From assembly GCA_963659495.1 (NCBI GenBank), contig CAVKTH010000001.1:52573-107533 (forward strand): a stretch of 54,961 bases of DNA, in the 5' to 3' direction. This document shows, piece after piece, positions 1 through 9,375 of the stretch. The position numbers and the translations under genes were made by a program. This stretch comes from Bacteroidaceae bacterium. Its GTDB lineage: Bacteria; Pseudomonadota; Alphaproteobacteria; RF32; CAG-239. Every line of letters starts with the position of its first letter. The stretch's first letter is position 1. Under the pieces are notes generated by a model. It searched no databases, was not told the origin of the DNA, and was given only the letters and a program-made list of their open reading frames with translations.

Positions 1-86
1 GCCTCTAAGTGCTCAACGCGTTCAATCAGTGATCTCAAACGGTCTACGGCGATGCCGCCTACTTCAATATTGTTGTCCTTGTTCAT
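1..86 (-). CDS. GapR-like DUF2312 family protein, N-terminal 28 codons only (gene runs off the left edge)
   Basis: The reverse complement reads MNKDNNIEVGGIAVDRLRSLIERVEHLE. This resembles the conserved N-terminal helix (xLxSxIxRVExLE) of GapR/DUF2312 proteins. ATG at 84-86. Confidence 0.55.
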   Translation of the reverse strand, partial: MNKDNNIEVGGIAVDRLRSLIERVEHLE

Positions 87-97
87 TTTTATTCCTT

Positions 98-448
98 TCA
101 AATCAATGTTTTAATTAAGATGTCAAAAGCGTCTTCCGGTCTGACATCAGTTTTACCGGCTTTCAGCATGCGGCCATATCTCTTGTATGCATTGACCAGG
201 TCGTTGTCGTCGAGCTGGATGGCCTCTGCCAGATTTTTCAAAGATTGGCGCCACTCATCTTTGTCGCCTGCCTCAAACATCTGCCGAGCTTTGTTTTGTT
301 CTTTGTGTTGGTGTAATCCATAATATTCTCCCGCTGTTATGTTCATGAAAGCGTCGCACCAGGCCTGTTTTATTATAGCGACAACAAGGTTCTCTTCGGC
401 TGTCGGCATCAAAAAACGGGTTGGCAAATGGGTGCGATGTTTGTTCAT
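98..448 (-). CDS. hypothetical phage protein
   Basis: 116-aa ORF whose start overlaps the helicase stop by 4 nt, which suggests an operon. No motif recognised. Confidence 0.5.
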   Translation of the reverse strand: MNKHRTHLPTRFLMPTAEENLVVAIIKQAWCDAFMNITAGEYYGLHQHKEQNKARQMFEAGDKDEWRQSLKNLAEAIQLDDNDLVNAYKRYGRMLKAGKTDVRPEDAFDILIKTLI

Positions 449-1899
449 TTTCTATACCTACGCTCCTCTTTTGCTTTCCGTCCGTTTAATACATATCTTG
501 CCCAGGCCTCTGCTCGGACGCCGTATCCGCGTTTGCGTCCAAGCTCTATGAGTTCTTCAAGCGTGGTTGCTCGCCCTTGCTCGTGTTTTTCTTGGCGTTT
601 TTGAAATTCCACCAGCTCGCCTTCAACTTCCTCAATTTCAGCTCTGGTTTTGGTTGCTACTGCGCCGCAAACCGGGCAGACGCTTGCTGTTGCAGGATAT
701 ACCGCGTAACATTGCAGGCATTGCCGGCAGGCGCAGCCGCCACCGGAGCCGGCTCTGGTGCGGTGCATTCGCCCGTCAAGTGTCCATTCGTGGTCATCCT
801 CAGGTAGACCGTGAGTGGTGCAGTTGCCTACATGATCAAGTATTATGCTTTCGGTTTTACCAGGATACGGGCGTAGCGCGCGACCGACCTGTTGAAGATA
901 AAGTCCGAGTGATTTGGTTTTTCGTAAAAGAATAGCCGCGCCGACGACAGGAATATCCGTTCCCTCGGATACAATTTCGCAGCTGGTTAGAACATCGAGT
1001 CTGCCGTTTCCTAAATCATTGATGACGCGGTTGCGTACATAGTCATCCATCTTGCCGTCAATACTGGCGGCTCGGTATCCGGCCGCATTGAAATTGTCGG
1101 CTACATACTGGGCATATTCAATTGTCGGGCAAAAAGCGATTGCCGGAACTCCGTCGCAATATCTTCGATAGTGTGTGATAACGTTGCCAATGATGCGTGG
1201 TTTTTTTAATTTTTCTTGCTGCTGGCGCTTGTCAAAGTCGCCGGCTCTGGTTTTGAGATCACTAAAGTCTGCCTCAATCGGCGGACAGTAAACGCGCGGC
1301 TTTGTCAAATATCCTCGGTCAATCAGGCTTTGTACTGACGGTCCCATGACCAGCTTGTCAAAGATACCTCCGCAATGAATGCCAAGACCTTGCCCGTCCA
1401 GTCGTTCTGGCGTGGCAGAAACACCCAAGATAAATGCTCCAGGATAGCTTTTTACTATTTTGAGCCAGGTACCGGCGACACCGTGATGTGCCTCATCAAT
1501 TAGGATAAATGCAAACCTCGGCAGATCTGCCATGCGGTTGATTAAAGTTTGAACTGTTGCGATATAGATAAAGCTCTCGTCGCGAAACCAACTTTTTTGA
1601 AATTCATCAATTTGCACTCTGATGGCGTTTTGAACAACTTTATGAGGAGCGACGATGGAGTGTGGAATGCCGAACCTTGCTAATGCTTTGGCTGTTTGAA
1701 CTACTAGCTCTTGTTTATGGACCAGGAACACCGTTGGGGTTCGTCGGGCGTGCAGGTTGGCACAAATTTCGGATAGAATAACTGTCTTTCCGGCTCCGGT
1801 TGGTGCTGTCAGGAATGGAGCCTTAAACCCGTGTCGATATGCATCTCTGATATCTTCGACGGCTTTTTCCTGATAATCTCGTAGCACAATGTTACTCAT
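445..1899 (-). CDS. SF2 DEAD/DEAH-box helicase with C-terminal zinc ribbon
   Basis: Walker A APTGAGKTV, DEAH box LIDEAHH, helicase-C motifs SCEIVSEGTDIP and QQVGRALR. C-terminal CRQCLQC...CPVCG. Confidence 0.9.
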   Translation of the reverse strand: MSNIVLRDYQEKAVEDIRDAYRHGFKAPFLTAPTGAGKTVILSEICANLHARRTPTVFLVHKQELVVQTAKALARFGIPHSIVAPHKVVQNAIRVQIDEFQKSWFRDESFIYIATVQTLINRMADLPRFAFILIDEAHHGVAGTWLKIVKSYPGAFILGVSATPERLDGQGLGIHCGGIFDKLVMGPSVQSLIDRGYLTKPRVYCPPIEADFSDLKTRAGDFDKRQQQEKLKKPRIIGNVITHYRRYCDGVPAIAFCPTIEYAQYVADNFNAAGYRAASIDGKMDDYVRNRVINDLGNGRLDVLTSCEIVSEGTDIPVVGAAILLRKTKSLGLYLQQVGRALRPYPGKTESIILDHVGNCTTHGLPEDDHEWTLDGRMHRTRAGSGGGCACRQCLQCYAVYPATASVCPVCGAVATKTRAEIEEVEGELVEFQKRQEKHEQGRATTLEELIELGRKRGYGVRAEAWARYVLNGRKAKEERRYRK

Positions 1900-2040
1900 A
1901 TATACTCCTGTCTTTTTCTATCCTGTCTTTTTTTTATTGGGTGCGGCGACAGGATTCTTTATTTGTTTCAGGCGTTGATCTGACGCCTTACCGCACCCTT
2001 GTAAAAAACAATAAAAGTTTTTTTTGACTTTTGCAAGCAC

Positions 2041-2193
2041 TTTTTTGAACGAAATGAACTTTTTTTTGAACGATATTAAACTTTTCTCGTTTTTTCCGAA
2101 CGTTACGGCGGATAAAATAGTTTGTTTTTTTGTGTTTTTTGACGCTCGGAGTTCTTTTTTGTTGAAAATTACACTTTTTTGAACTATTATCGA
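2041..2193. promoter_or_regulatory. cluster of TTTTGAAC(G/T)A repeats in the divergent helicase/repressor intergenic region (candidate operators)
   Basis: tttttgaacgaaa (2042), tttttgaacgata (2063), ccgaacgtta (2096) and tttttgaactatt (2175). Related copies lie at 2871-2883 and about 10698. Confidence 0.5.
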
Positions 2194-2216
2194 ATCAGTA
2201 TGAAAGGAGCTTTTTA

Positions 2217-2768
2217 ATGAATACGACAACAAAAAAAGTAACGACGCCATTGGGCAAGCGTTTGGATGCCTTACTCAAAGCGTCCAATTTTAAGACAATC
2301 AAAGAGTTTGAAGAAAAAGCCGGAGTTCGTCCTGATTGCATTCGTCGTCTGATTGGCGGCTACAAAAGAAAACTGTCGTTTGAAGAGATACAAAAGGTGG
2401 CGGCTGCTCTTAAAATGTCGCCTGCCGAATTGTGCGCAAGCTCTGATGGAGAAGGCATTTCAACGACAAATCTTGTTCCCGATGCAAAAGAGCCTTGTTG
2501 GCACCAGGTGCGTTCCGACGAGATGACGCCGATTTTGCGCCCCGGAGAATTTGTGCTTGTCGATTCGGCTGTTAAATCCGTTTCCGAATCGGGTATTTAT
2601 TTGATAAATACTCCAACAACCCAGGTTTTCCGCCGTATCTCGGTCAACCCTATGACCGGCAACCTCCATGTTGATGTGGATAACAAGTCTTATGCTTATG
2701 CCGAAGAGGTTTCGGCAGATAAAATCCAAGTTGATGGACGTGTAGTCGGAGTATTCCAGCGAATCTAA
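2217..2768 (+). CDS. CI/LexA-like repressor: N-terminal XRE-type HTH plus a C-terminal S24-like domain with a substituted catalytic dyad
   Basis: HTH region TIKEFEEKAGVRPDCIRRLIGG. The C-terminal VRSDEMTPILRPGEFVLVD and QVFRRI align by eye with lambda CI VEGNSMT and FTFKKL. It sits divergent to the helicase operon. Confidence 0.75.
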   Translation: MNTTTKKVTTPLGKRLDALLKASNFKTIKEFEEKAGVRPDCIRRLIGGYKRKLSFEEIQKVAAALKMSPAELCASSDGEGISTTNLVPDAKEPCWHQVRSDEMTPILRPGEFVLVDSAVKSVSESGIYLINTPTTQVFRRISVNPMTGNLHVDVDNKSYAYAEEVSADKIQVDGRVVGVFQRI

Positions 2769-2843
2769 CTTATTAAAAACCCCGTTAAAAATCGCTAAAA
2801 TTTGCCGTTTTTAGATTTTTTTTCTAAAAGCGGCTTTTTTTTC

Positions 2844-2883
2844 TTGATTTTCTTTTCATACTGTCTTAAAGTTCGTTTTGAAC
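2844..2883 (+). promoter_or_regulatory. sigma70-like promoter (TTGATT-N17-TAAAGT) with an overlapping GTTCGTTTTGAAC palindrome
   Basis: -35 at 2844-2849, -10 at 2867-2872, palindrome GTTC-N5-GAAC at 2871-2883. It lies about 45 nt upstream of the exonuclease operon start. Confidence 0.4.
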
Positions 2884-2929
2884 GATAAAAGTTCATTTCA
2901 TACTTTTTATAAAAGACGGGGTTTATTAT

Positions 2930-3745
2930 ATGCCAACAATTATAAGGTGTTCATCGCTTTCTCATTATACGGATTGTCCGCGCAGAGCTGCTGCCAAGAT
3001 GTTTTTTGAGGAAATCTCTCAGGAATACGATTTTGACTTAACGCCAACGAACACGTCCGCCGGCGCTGCTGTCGGCACTGCAATGCATAACGCTTTGGAG
3101 GCGGCGTTGGTTCTTCGTGCTAAAGGCGAGCCTTTTGCCGAAGAGATGAAGAAAGTGGCTGAAGCGTCTATGTTGGAAACCTCACAGAAAGGTATTGTCT
3201 GGGATGATACGACTTTCGATAAGGCGACCGGTGCTATGCAAGCCGTTCGCCAAGCTCTTTCTATCCTGGACGTCTTTCCGGATCTTGACGAGATTGCTAT
3301 TGAGGGTGAATTTACTGCCGATTTGGGCGATGACTTCATTCTTTCAGGGCATATTGATATTCGCGGCCAAGAAGGTCGCATCCACACTATTCAAGATTTC
3401 AAATCTGGTGTGGTCAAACGCGTAAACATTCCGCAGTACGGTGGCTATTCACTTTTGGTTCGGACTTACGGCCAAAAAGTTGACCTGTTGCGTGAAATAT
3501 ACGCCAAACGTGTCGGCCGGACAAAACCACAGCCGGCACCAATTATCCAAGAATACGAACCGGCCATGGCTGAAAATTTTGCCTATGCCATCATCCGACG
3601 GATTAAAGCCGACCTTATGGAATTCCGGAGAACCGGTAAACCATGGGTTTGGCTGCCTAATCCGAATTCGATGATGTGTTCACAGCACTATTGTCCAGCC
3701 TACGGCACTCGTTTTTGTAAATGCAGAACCAAAATGGAGGGTTAA
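2930..3745 (+). CDS. PD-(D/E)XK Cas4/RecB-like exonuclease with Cys cluster
   Basis: N-terminal YTDCPRR, core GHIDIRG...IQDFKSG (D...DxK), C-terminal CSQHYCPAYGTRFCKC. Confidence 0.75.
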   Translation: MPTIIRCSSLSHYTDCPRRAAAKMFFEEISQEYDFDLTPTNTSAGAAVGTAMHNALEAALVLRAKGEPFAEEMKKVAEASMLETSQKGIVWDDTTFDKATGAMQAVRQALSILDVFPDLDEIAIEGEFTADLGDDFILSGHIDIRGQEGRIHTIQDFKSGVVKRVNIPQYGGYSLLVRTYGQKVDLLREIYAKRVGRTKPQPAPIIQEYEPAMAENFAYAIIRRIKADLMEFRRTGKPWVWLPNPNSMMCSQHYCPAYGTRFCKCRTKMEG

Positions 3746-3746
3746 T

Positions 3747-4625
3747 ATGGCAAATGATTTAACTATTAAAGAAGAAAAAAACACAAATGCGGTTTCGACT
3801 GAAATTTTAACAGACTTTCAGGCTTTTGAAAACGCCCAAAGAATCGGCAAAATGTTGATGCAATCGGAAATTGTTCCGGCTGCTTATCACGGCAATCTGC
3901 CCAATGTTATGGTAGCATTGGAGATTGCGGCGCGAAATAAAGTATCGCCGATCGTTGTGATGCAGAATTTACATGTGATTAAAGGCTCTCCGCGCTGGTC
4001 TTCCCGCTATCTGATTGCGGCTATGACCACCAGCCGTGTAGCCAATCTGCACTACGAGATGGTTGCTGATGGCAAGGTTAGCATTCCAGGTTTCAAAGGA
4101 ACCGAAAGCATAGAAAATTTGAAATGCCGCGCCATTGCTACTGATCGCCAAACCGGTGAGGAGCGTGTCGGTCCTTGGGTGTCAATGGATATGGCTGTTA
4201 AAGAAGGCTGGTATGGTAAAGATGGAAGCAAGTGGAAGACGATGCCGGACGTCATGATCCGTTATCGTGCGGCAACTTTTTTTGCAAATGTTTACTATCC
4301 AGAGCTGAGTGTCGGAATGGATGCTGAAGATGATGTCGTCAATGCCTCTGCTGTTCGAGCTCCGGTTTCTGAAGTTGTTCAATCTGGAGCAATGGTTGCT
4401 CCTGCCGAAGAAACACCAGCCAAGCCAAAACGCGCTAAAAAATCCGCTCCGGTAAAAGACGAAGCAGCACAAATTCCGTCAGAGGCTCCGACTGAAGAAC
4501 CAACAGCTGTTATTGATACCGATTTTTCTGAAGTTGCGGAAGAACCGACCGAAAACAAGCCGGCTCCGGTAGCGGCTCCTATGGCTGATGACAGCGACGA
4601 ATGGAATAGCTGGGGAGATGAATAG
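3747..4625 (+). CDS. RecT/Red-beta-superfamily single-strand annealing protein (putative)
   Basis: It sits directly after the exonuclease. The conserved-looking core is VMQNLHVIKGSPRWSS...WKTMPDVMIRYRAATFFANVYYPE. The C-terminal tail is acidic and Pro/Ala-rich. Confidence 0.6.
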   Translation: MANDLTIKEEKNTNAVSTEILTDFQAFENAQRIGKMLMQSEIVPAAYHGNLPNVMVALEIAARNKVSPIVVMQNLHVIKGSPRWSSRYLIAAMTTSRVANLHYEMVADGKVSIPGFKGTESIENLKCRAIATDRQTGEERVGPWVSMDMAVKEGWYGKDGSKWKTMPDVMIRYRAATFFANVYYPELSVGMDAEDDVVNASAVRAPVSEVVQSGAMVAPAEETPAKPKRAKKSAPVKDEAAQIPSEAPTEEPTAVIDTDFSEVAEEPTENKPAPVAAPMADDSDEWNSWGDE

Positions 4626-4626
4626 A

Positions 4627-4803
4627 ATGGCCTATATCATTTATTCTTTAATGGCTGTTCTTTGCGTCTTTTTGAAGTTTTTTGGCTTTATATCGGCGCC
4701 TTGGCTTTTGGTTTCGGCACTGTTTTGGGTGCCGGCGCTGATATTCGCAATCAGTTTTATTTGGACAATTCATAATTTTGATAAAAAAGGAGGTTGGCTG
4801 TGA
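4627..4803 (+). CDS. small two-helix membrane protein
   Basis: MAYIIYSLMAVLCVFLKFFGFISAPWLLVSALFWVPALIFAISFIW. ATG at 4627. Confidence 0.45.
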   Translation: MAYIIYSLMAVLCVFLKFFGFISAPWLLVSALFWVPALIFAISFIWTIHNFDKKGGWL

Positions 4804-6449
4804 AAGCGACTATAAAAGATTTCATGGGATGTGCAAGTGCCGAAATCGAGGCTGACAAGATTGCTTTGCTTTTGGGGCACAACGGACAAGGCAAGACATC
4901 ATCGCTCTTGCCTATCGCCGCGGCTTTGCGTGGCGGTGTACCATTGGGTATGCAGAAAGCCAAGGCCGGGATGTTGGTCAAAACTGGAGCCGGTTCAGCG
5001 TCTGTTCTTTTGGAGAATGAAACCTCCAAGGTTTCGGTATCGTGGCCAAAGTGTGAACGACGGTCTGATGGTGCCGATGCACCAGAGGCGTCGGATATCG
5101 CCGTTGGTGCTGTCAAGTTTCCTTTGATGGCTGATAAAGAAAAAGTTGAACTCTTGCGCTCTATCTTGCAATGCGAACCGGTTGAGGCAGATTTGCGTGC
5201 TGCTTTGTCTGATGCCGGGCTGAGCGATAAAATATGCGAGGTTGTTTGGCATAGTGTTGAGGTTGACGGTTGGGATGCGGCTTTGGAACGAGCTAAAGAA
5301 AAAGGACGGAGCCTAAAATCCCAATGGGGAATTATTGCAGGTGAAACCTATGGCGAGAAAAAAGCCGCCAGTTGGTTTCCAATTGGTTGGGAAAATGACC
5401 TTGAGGCAACGTCAACCGAGGCTCTTGAGACTGACGTGTCTTTGGCACGTGCAGATCTAGAGGATAAGATAGCCAATCAGGCTATCGGAGCCGATGAGCT
5501 TGCACGACTTCAGGAAAAAGCCGACAGTCTGACTGTGATAGAAAAAGAATGCGATGATGCGGCTGGAAAAGTTACAGAGGCACAAAAAATCTTAAAAGAG
5601 GCGCGCGCGGTTCGAGAAAAACTGCCAAAGCTACCGAACTACGATCTTGTTTGCCCACACTGCGGCAAGCCGGTTGTTTACCAGTTCGGCAAACTTGAGG
5701 CAATCAAACAGTCGTTGAGCGTTGAGGAGCGTGAAAAGTTGGAACAACAGATCCTTGATGCCGACAATGCTGTCTGCAAGGCTGAACGTGAGCTAAACGC
5801 TGCAAAGCATAATTTTGTTTTGGTTGACAGTACTTTGCAAGCTGCAAAAAAAGCCAAAGAAGAGCTTGAGAATAAACGAGGCAAAACCATACAGCAAGCT
5901 GAGGTTGACGATGCACGCAATGCTGTCCGCAAGGCTGAAACCCGCTTGTCAGCGTTCAATAAATATAACGAGGCACTCCGTGTCCATAACAGTATTGTTG
6001 AGAATCAATACATTATTAACGTCTTAGAACCGGAAGGAATCCGCCGTCAATCTCTTGAAAAAGGTCTGACTGATTTCAACGGCCGGATGGAATGTCTTTG
6101 TCATATTGCGGCTTGGCGTGATGTTACCATTGATGGAGATATGTCGGTTAATTACGGAGGACGCCCTTATGTTCTTTGTTCCGAGGGAGAAAAGTTTCGC
6201 GTCATGGCCGTTTTGCAAATGGCAATTGCCGAGGCTGATAATTCCGATGCCGTTGTCGTTGATGCCGCTGACATTTTGGACAACAAAGGCCGTGCCGGGC
6301 TGTTAAAGATGTTGTCCAGTATGCCTTTTGTATCATTCGTTGGTATGACGGTGTCCAAACCGGAAAGCACTCCAAGTCTTAAAAAGCTGGGTGTCGGCCG
6401 AAAATACTGGATTGAAAACGGGAACTGTGAGGAGATCTACAATGGATAG
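4794..6449 (+). CDS. SMC/Rad50/RecN-like AAA ATPase with coiled coil and CxxC hook
   Basis: Walker A GHNGQGKTS, a long Ala/Glu/Lys coiled coil, central CPHCGKP, and a C-terminal Walker-B-like AVVVDAADILD. RBS aaaggagg at 4786. Confidence 0.75.
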   Translation: MAVKATIKDFMGCASAEIEADKIALLLGHNGQGKTSSLLPIAAALRGGVPLGMQKAKAGMLVKTGAGSASVLLENETSKVSVSWPKCERRSDGADAPEASDIAVGAVKFPLMADKEKVELLRSILQCEPVEADLRAALSDAGLSDKICEVVWHSVEVDGWDAALERAKEKGRSLKSQWGIIAGETYGEKKAASWFPIGWENDLEATSTEALETDVSLARADLEDKIANQAIGADELARLQEKADSLTVIEKECDDAAGKVTEAQKILKEARAVREKLPKLPNYDLVCPHCGKPVVYQFGKLEAIKQSLSVEEREKLEQQILDADNAVCKAERELNAAKHNFVLVDSTLQAAKKAKEELENKRGKTIQQAEVDDARNAVRKAETRLSAFNKYNEALRVHNSIVENQYIINVLEPEGIRRQSLEKGLTDFNGRMECLCHIAAWRDVTIDGDMSVNYGGRPYVLCSEGEKFRVMAVLQMAIAEADNSDAVVVDAADILDNKGRAGLLKMLSSMPFVSFVGMTVSKPESTPSLKKLGVGRKYWIENGNCEEIYNG

Positions 6450-6651
6450 TCAAGACATCCAAGATGAGGTTAACCTCACTCCGGTCGAAGTTTCCGCAAG
6501 GCTGAAGGTGAGCGTGAAAACGCTCGCCGCGTGGAGAGCTCTTGGGCATGGACCGCGTTTCTTTTACGCCAATCCTGATAACCAAAGTTCCCCTCGTTAT
6601 CCGTTAAGTGAAATTGTCGCGATTGAGAAAAACTTGCGCGACCATACCTAA
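6442..6651 (+). CDS. small HTH DNA-binding protein (MerR/excisionase-like)
   Basis: LTPVEVSARLKVSVKTLAAWRALGHGPRF. The ATG at 6442 overlaps the ATPase stop. Confidence 0.55.
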   Translation: MDSQDIQDEVNLTPVEVSARLKVSVKTLAAWRALGHGPRFFYANPDNQSSPRYPLSEIVAIEKNLRDHT

Positions 6652-6663
6652 AGGGAGGTAACC

Positions 6664-6822
6664 ATGCAAAAGAAAATTGAGGAATTTATAAACAAAGCTG
6701 TTCAAGTCGCTAAATATGCGGCGCTGCCGTCAAGCAACAAAGATACTGCTGAGCAAATGATTGCCGATTTGGAGGCTGAGGGCGAACAGCTCAAAAAAGA
6801 GGTTACTGATGTTTTGCGTTAA
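6664..6822 (+). CDS. hypothetical 52-aa helical protein (below the ORF-track cutoff)
   Basis: RBS gggagg at 6653-6658 and ATG at 6664. Hand translation gives MQKKIEEFINKAVQVAK...KKEVTDVLR*. Confidence 0.4.
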   Translation: MQKKIEEFINKAVQVAKYAALPSSNKDTAEQMIADLEAEGEQLKKEVTDVLR

Positions 6823-7210
6823 TTGTCAAAAAGATGTTGATGCCGAAATTGTAACAGGAGCGGACATTTACGGTCCGAAGTTCCGTTTCGCCTCAGCCTC
6901 TTATGCGCGTTGCCCGATTTGCGGTAATTATGGCGAATATGCCACAGACAAGGAACCGCCCTTTTTGGTTATTCCTGATTTTCGCTTGCGCAAAGCTCAT
7001 AATTATATCGACTGCGTTTTGGATTTGATTTGGATGCAGAAGAAGATGTCAAAAGCCGAGATGCTCTTTCGCATGGCTGACCTAATGTATAACGGCAAGC
7101 GGCCGTATCGGACGCGCGACATTGGAAATTATGACGAAGCCTGTCGCGCTTACCGGTTGGCCACACAATTAAAAAAGGAGTGTTTTTCAAATGTTAAAGT
7201 TTCTGCGTAA
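6809..7210 (+). CDS. zinc-ribbon protein (CxxC...CxxC)
   Basis: MFCVNCQKDV...CPICGNYG. The internal ATG at 6809 overlaps the preceding small ORF. Confidence 0.5.
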   Translation: MFCVNCQKDVDAEIVTGADIYGPKFRFASASYARCPICGNYGEYATDKEPPFLVIPDFRLRKAHNYIDCVLDLIWMQKKMSKAEMLFRMADLMYNGKRPYRTRDIGNYDEACRAYRLATQLKKECFSNVKVSA

Positions 7211-7355
7211 GTTATTTTGCCGCCATTGCTGGATTAACGTGTTACGTCTGGGCGGTGAGATAAAAACAATATATGGTGTCCACAAGGTTTCAGGCAACGC
7301 ATATGTTGATTACTGTCCAAAGTGCAATTGCTTTCGGGTACGCCACTATGAATGA
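7191..7355 (+). CDS. 54-aa zinc-ribbon protein (below the ORF-track cutoff)
   Basis: RBS aaggag at 7175 and ATG at 7191. Hand translation gives MLKFLRKLFCRHCW...YCPKCNCFRVRHYE*. Its stop forms an ATGAATGA overlap with the next gene. Confidence 0.45.
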   Translation: MLKFLRKLFCRHCWINVLRLGGEIKTIYGVHKVSGNAYVDYCPKCNCFRVRHYE

Positions 7356-7977
7356 TAAAGAAAAAACAGCTGAAATTTTGCGCCGCTTGCGGTTGGCACC
7401 GGAACATCAAAAGGATATCAGCTTTCCAGAGTTTCGTTGGTGCGCTGGTGTTGCCGGATCCAGACGCGCGGATGCTTTCTTTATTCAGCCTCAACCGCCT
7501 TATTTTTCCGTAACCTATGAGGTCAAAGTTGACCGGTGGGATTTTCGTCGGGATATGGCAGAGGCGGGAAAACACAATAAAGCTCGCCAGTTTTCAAACT
7601 TCTTTTATTATGCAGCGCCCAAAGGCGTGATTGATCCAGATGAACTACCGGAGTGGGCTGGCCTGGTAGAATTTGACCTCGATATTTTGGCTGACGAATA
7701 TACTGTCGGGATGCATGTCATTAAACAAGCGCCCTTACGGGACCGTGAAGAGCCAAGCTGGGGATTGGTTGCCGGTATTGCAAAGCGAACTCAAGATCCT
7801 GCTTTCAGGTTTGAAGCACGCGGAATGCACTTGATTTCAAATGACCAACTCATGGCTTTGAGTTCACTGATTGCGCATCAGGTGCAAATCAATAAACTTT
7901 TTGAGGCCGGCTCTTCGTCAATGATGAAGGCTCTGGCTATTCTCAGCCGAATATTTAATCGGAAGGACGAGCTATGA
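7348..7977 (+). CDS. PD-(D/E)XK-fold nuclease-like protein (MmcB-like, tentative)
   Basis: RRADAFFIQP...YEVKVDRWDFRRD fits a D...ExK motif. The likely start is MNDKEK at 7348. Confidence 0.4.
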   Translation: MNDKEKTAEILRRLRLAPEHQKDISFPEFRWCAGVAGSRRADAFFIQPQPPYFSVTYEVKVDRWDFRRDMAEAGKHNKARQFSNFFYYAAPKGVIDPDELPEWAGLVEFDLDILADEYTVGMHVIKQAPLRDREEPSWGLVAGIAKRTQDPAFRFEARGMHLISNDQLMALSSLIAHQVQINKLFEAGSSSMMKALAILSRIFNRKDEL

Positions 7978-9170
7978 CTAAGATTGTTCTTGTTGACCTT
8001 TTTTCGGGCATTGGTGGTTTTGCCGAAGGATTTCGGCGCGCTGGACTAGAATTTGCGGCGCATTATTTTTCCGAGGTCGCACCTGGTCCGATTTCAATTT
8101 ATAAAAAACACTTTCAAAATGCGGAGAATTTGGGCGATGTTACAGCAATTAGAGATTTTTCCAGAATTAAACAACGACAGGGGGGGGTACCGCTTGTCCT
8201 TACTGCGGGATTTCCTTGCCAAGATTTATCCATTGCTGGCAAAAGACAAGGTCTTGACGGCGAGCGCAGCGGCTTGTTCTTTGAGGCAATCCGGTGCATT
8301 AGAGAATTGCGACCTGATGTTTTTGTCTTTGAAAACGTCAAAGGGTTGTTTACAAGTCACGGAGGACGCGACTTTGTCAGATTTTTGCAAGAGATTGCCA
8401 ACCTTGGGGGTTATGACTGCCAATGGCAACTTGTCGATACTGACTGGTTTTTACCCCAAAATCGCGAGCGGGTTTACTTTGTCGGATGTTCTGGAGCCTT
8501 CTCCGGACGCCAAATATTTCCTATCAGAGGTCGCAACCCGTCGTCTGCTGTCATATCAAACGAGCAGGCTCTCTGCATTACAGCCACATACGGAGACAAC
8601 GTCGGCAACGGATCGTATGTTGTTGAAAGTAAACGGATACAAAAAGTTAAGCAAATAAACCGCACGCCTAAAAATCATCAACACGAGCGCGTTTATTCTA
8701 CGGACGCCTCTGCTCCGTGCCTCACAGCGTTGTCTGGAGGTAATACAGAACCAAAGATTTTCACATATCCACATGGAAAAAATGCCGGAGGATTCCGTTC
8801 CGGCTCTTGTCCGACCATAACCGCTAACGCTTTTTCTCAGAATAACTTTATAGCTCCTGTTCTCACTCCAGACAGAGTTCATAAAAGGCAAAATGGGCGT
8901 CGATTTAAGGATGCAGGGGAGCCTTCTTTTACCCTAACTACGCAAGATAGACACGGCATTTATGATGGTCAGTCCATCCGCAAGCTAACACCGCTGGAGT
9001 GTGAACGTCTACAGGGATTCCCCGATGAGTGGACGCAATCAGGTAATTCAGGCAAAAAAATGTCTGACAGTGTCAGATACAAAGCGTTAGGTAACGCCGT
9101 CAGCGTGCCGATCCCTGAGGCTATTGCCAAATCTTTATTTTTTGAAAGGAGCCAGCCATGGCAAAAATAG
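7974..9170 (+). CDS. DNA (cytosine-5)-methyltransferase
   Basis: Motif I DLFSGIGGF, motif IV GFPCQDLS, motif VI ENVKGL, motif VIII QNRERVYF, motif X GNAVSVP. Confidence 0.95.
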   Translation: MTKIVLVDLFSGIGGFAEGFRRAGLEFAAHYFSEVAPGPISIYKKHFQNAENLGDVTAIRDFSRIKQRQGGVPLVLTAGFPCQDLSIAGKRQGLDGERSGLFFEAIRCIRELRPDVFVFENVKGLFTSHGGRDFVRFLQEIANLGGYDCQWQLVDTDWFLPQNRERVYFVGCSGAFSGRQIFPIRGRNPSSAVISNEQALCITATYGDNVGNGSYVVESKRIQKVKQINRTPKNHQHERVYSTDASAPCLTALSGGNTEPKIFTYPHGKNAGGFRSGSCPTITANAFSQNNFIAPVLTPDRVHKRQNGRRFKDAGEPSFTLTTQDRHGIYDGQSIRKLTPLECERLQGFPDEWTQSGNSGKKMSDSVRYKALGNAVSVPIPEAIAKSLFFERSQPWQK

Positions 9171-9364
9171 TTGAGTTTCCTTACGAGAGGCAGGAAAACT
9201 TGAACGCGGTCCTCGTTCTTTTGGGCGTTGTCCGCAAAATGCATGACGAAGATGGCTATCGCTTTACTTCGTCTGAACTTAAACGAGAGGGCAATAGCCG
9301 GGCTGTCCTGACCCTTGTTCTCGAAAAACCAACCCCGGACGACCTTCCGGATATAACAGCATAA
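9158..9364 (+). CDS. hypothetical protein
   Basis: 68-aa ORF overlapping the methylase stop. No motif recognised. Confidence 0.35.
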   Translation: MAKIVEFPYERQENLNAVLVLLGVVRKMHDEDGYRFTSSELKREGNSRAVLTLVLEKPTPDDLPDITA

Positions 9365-9375
9365 AGGAGAAAAAA

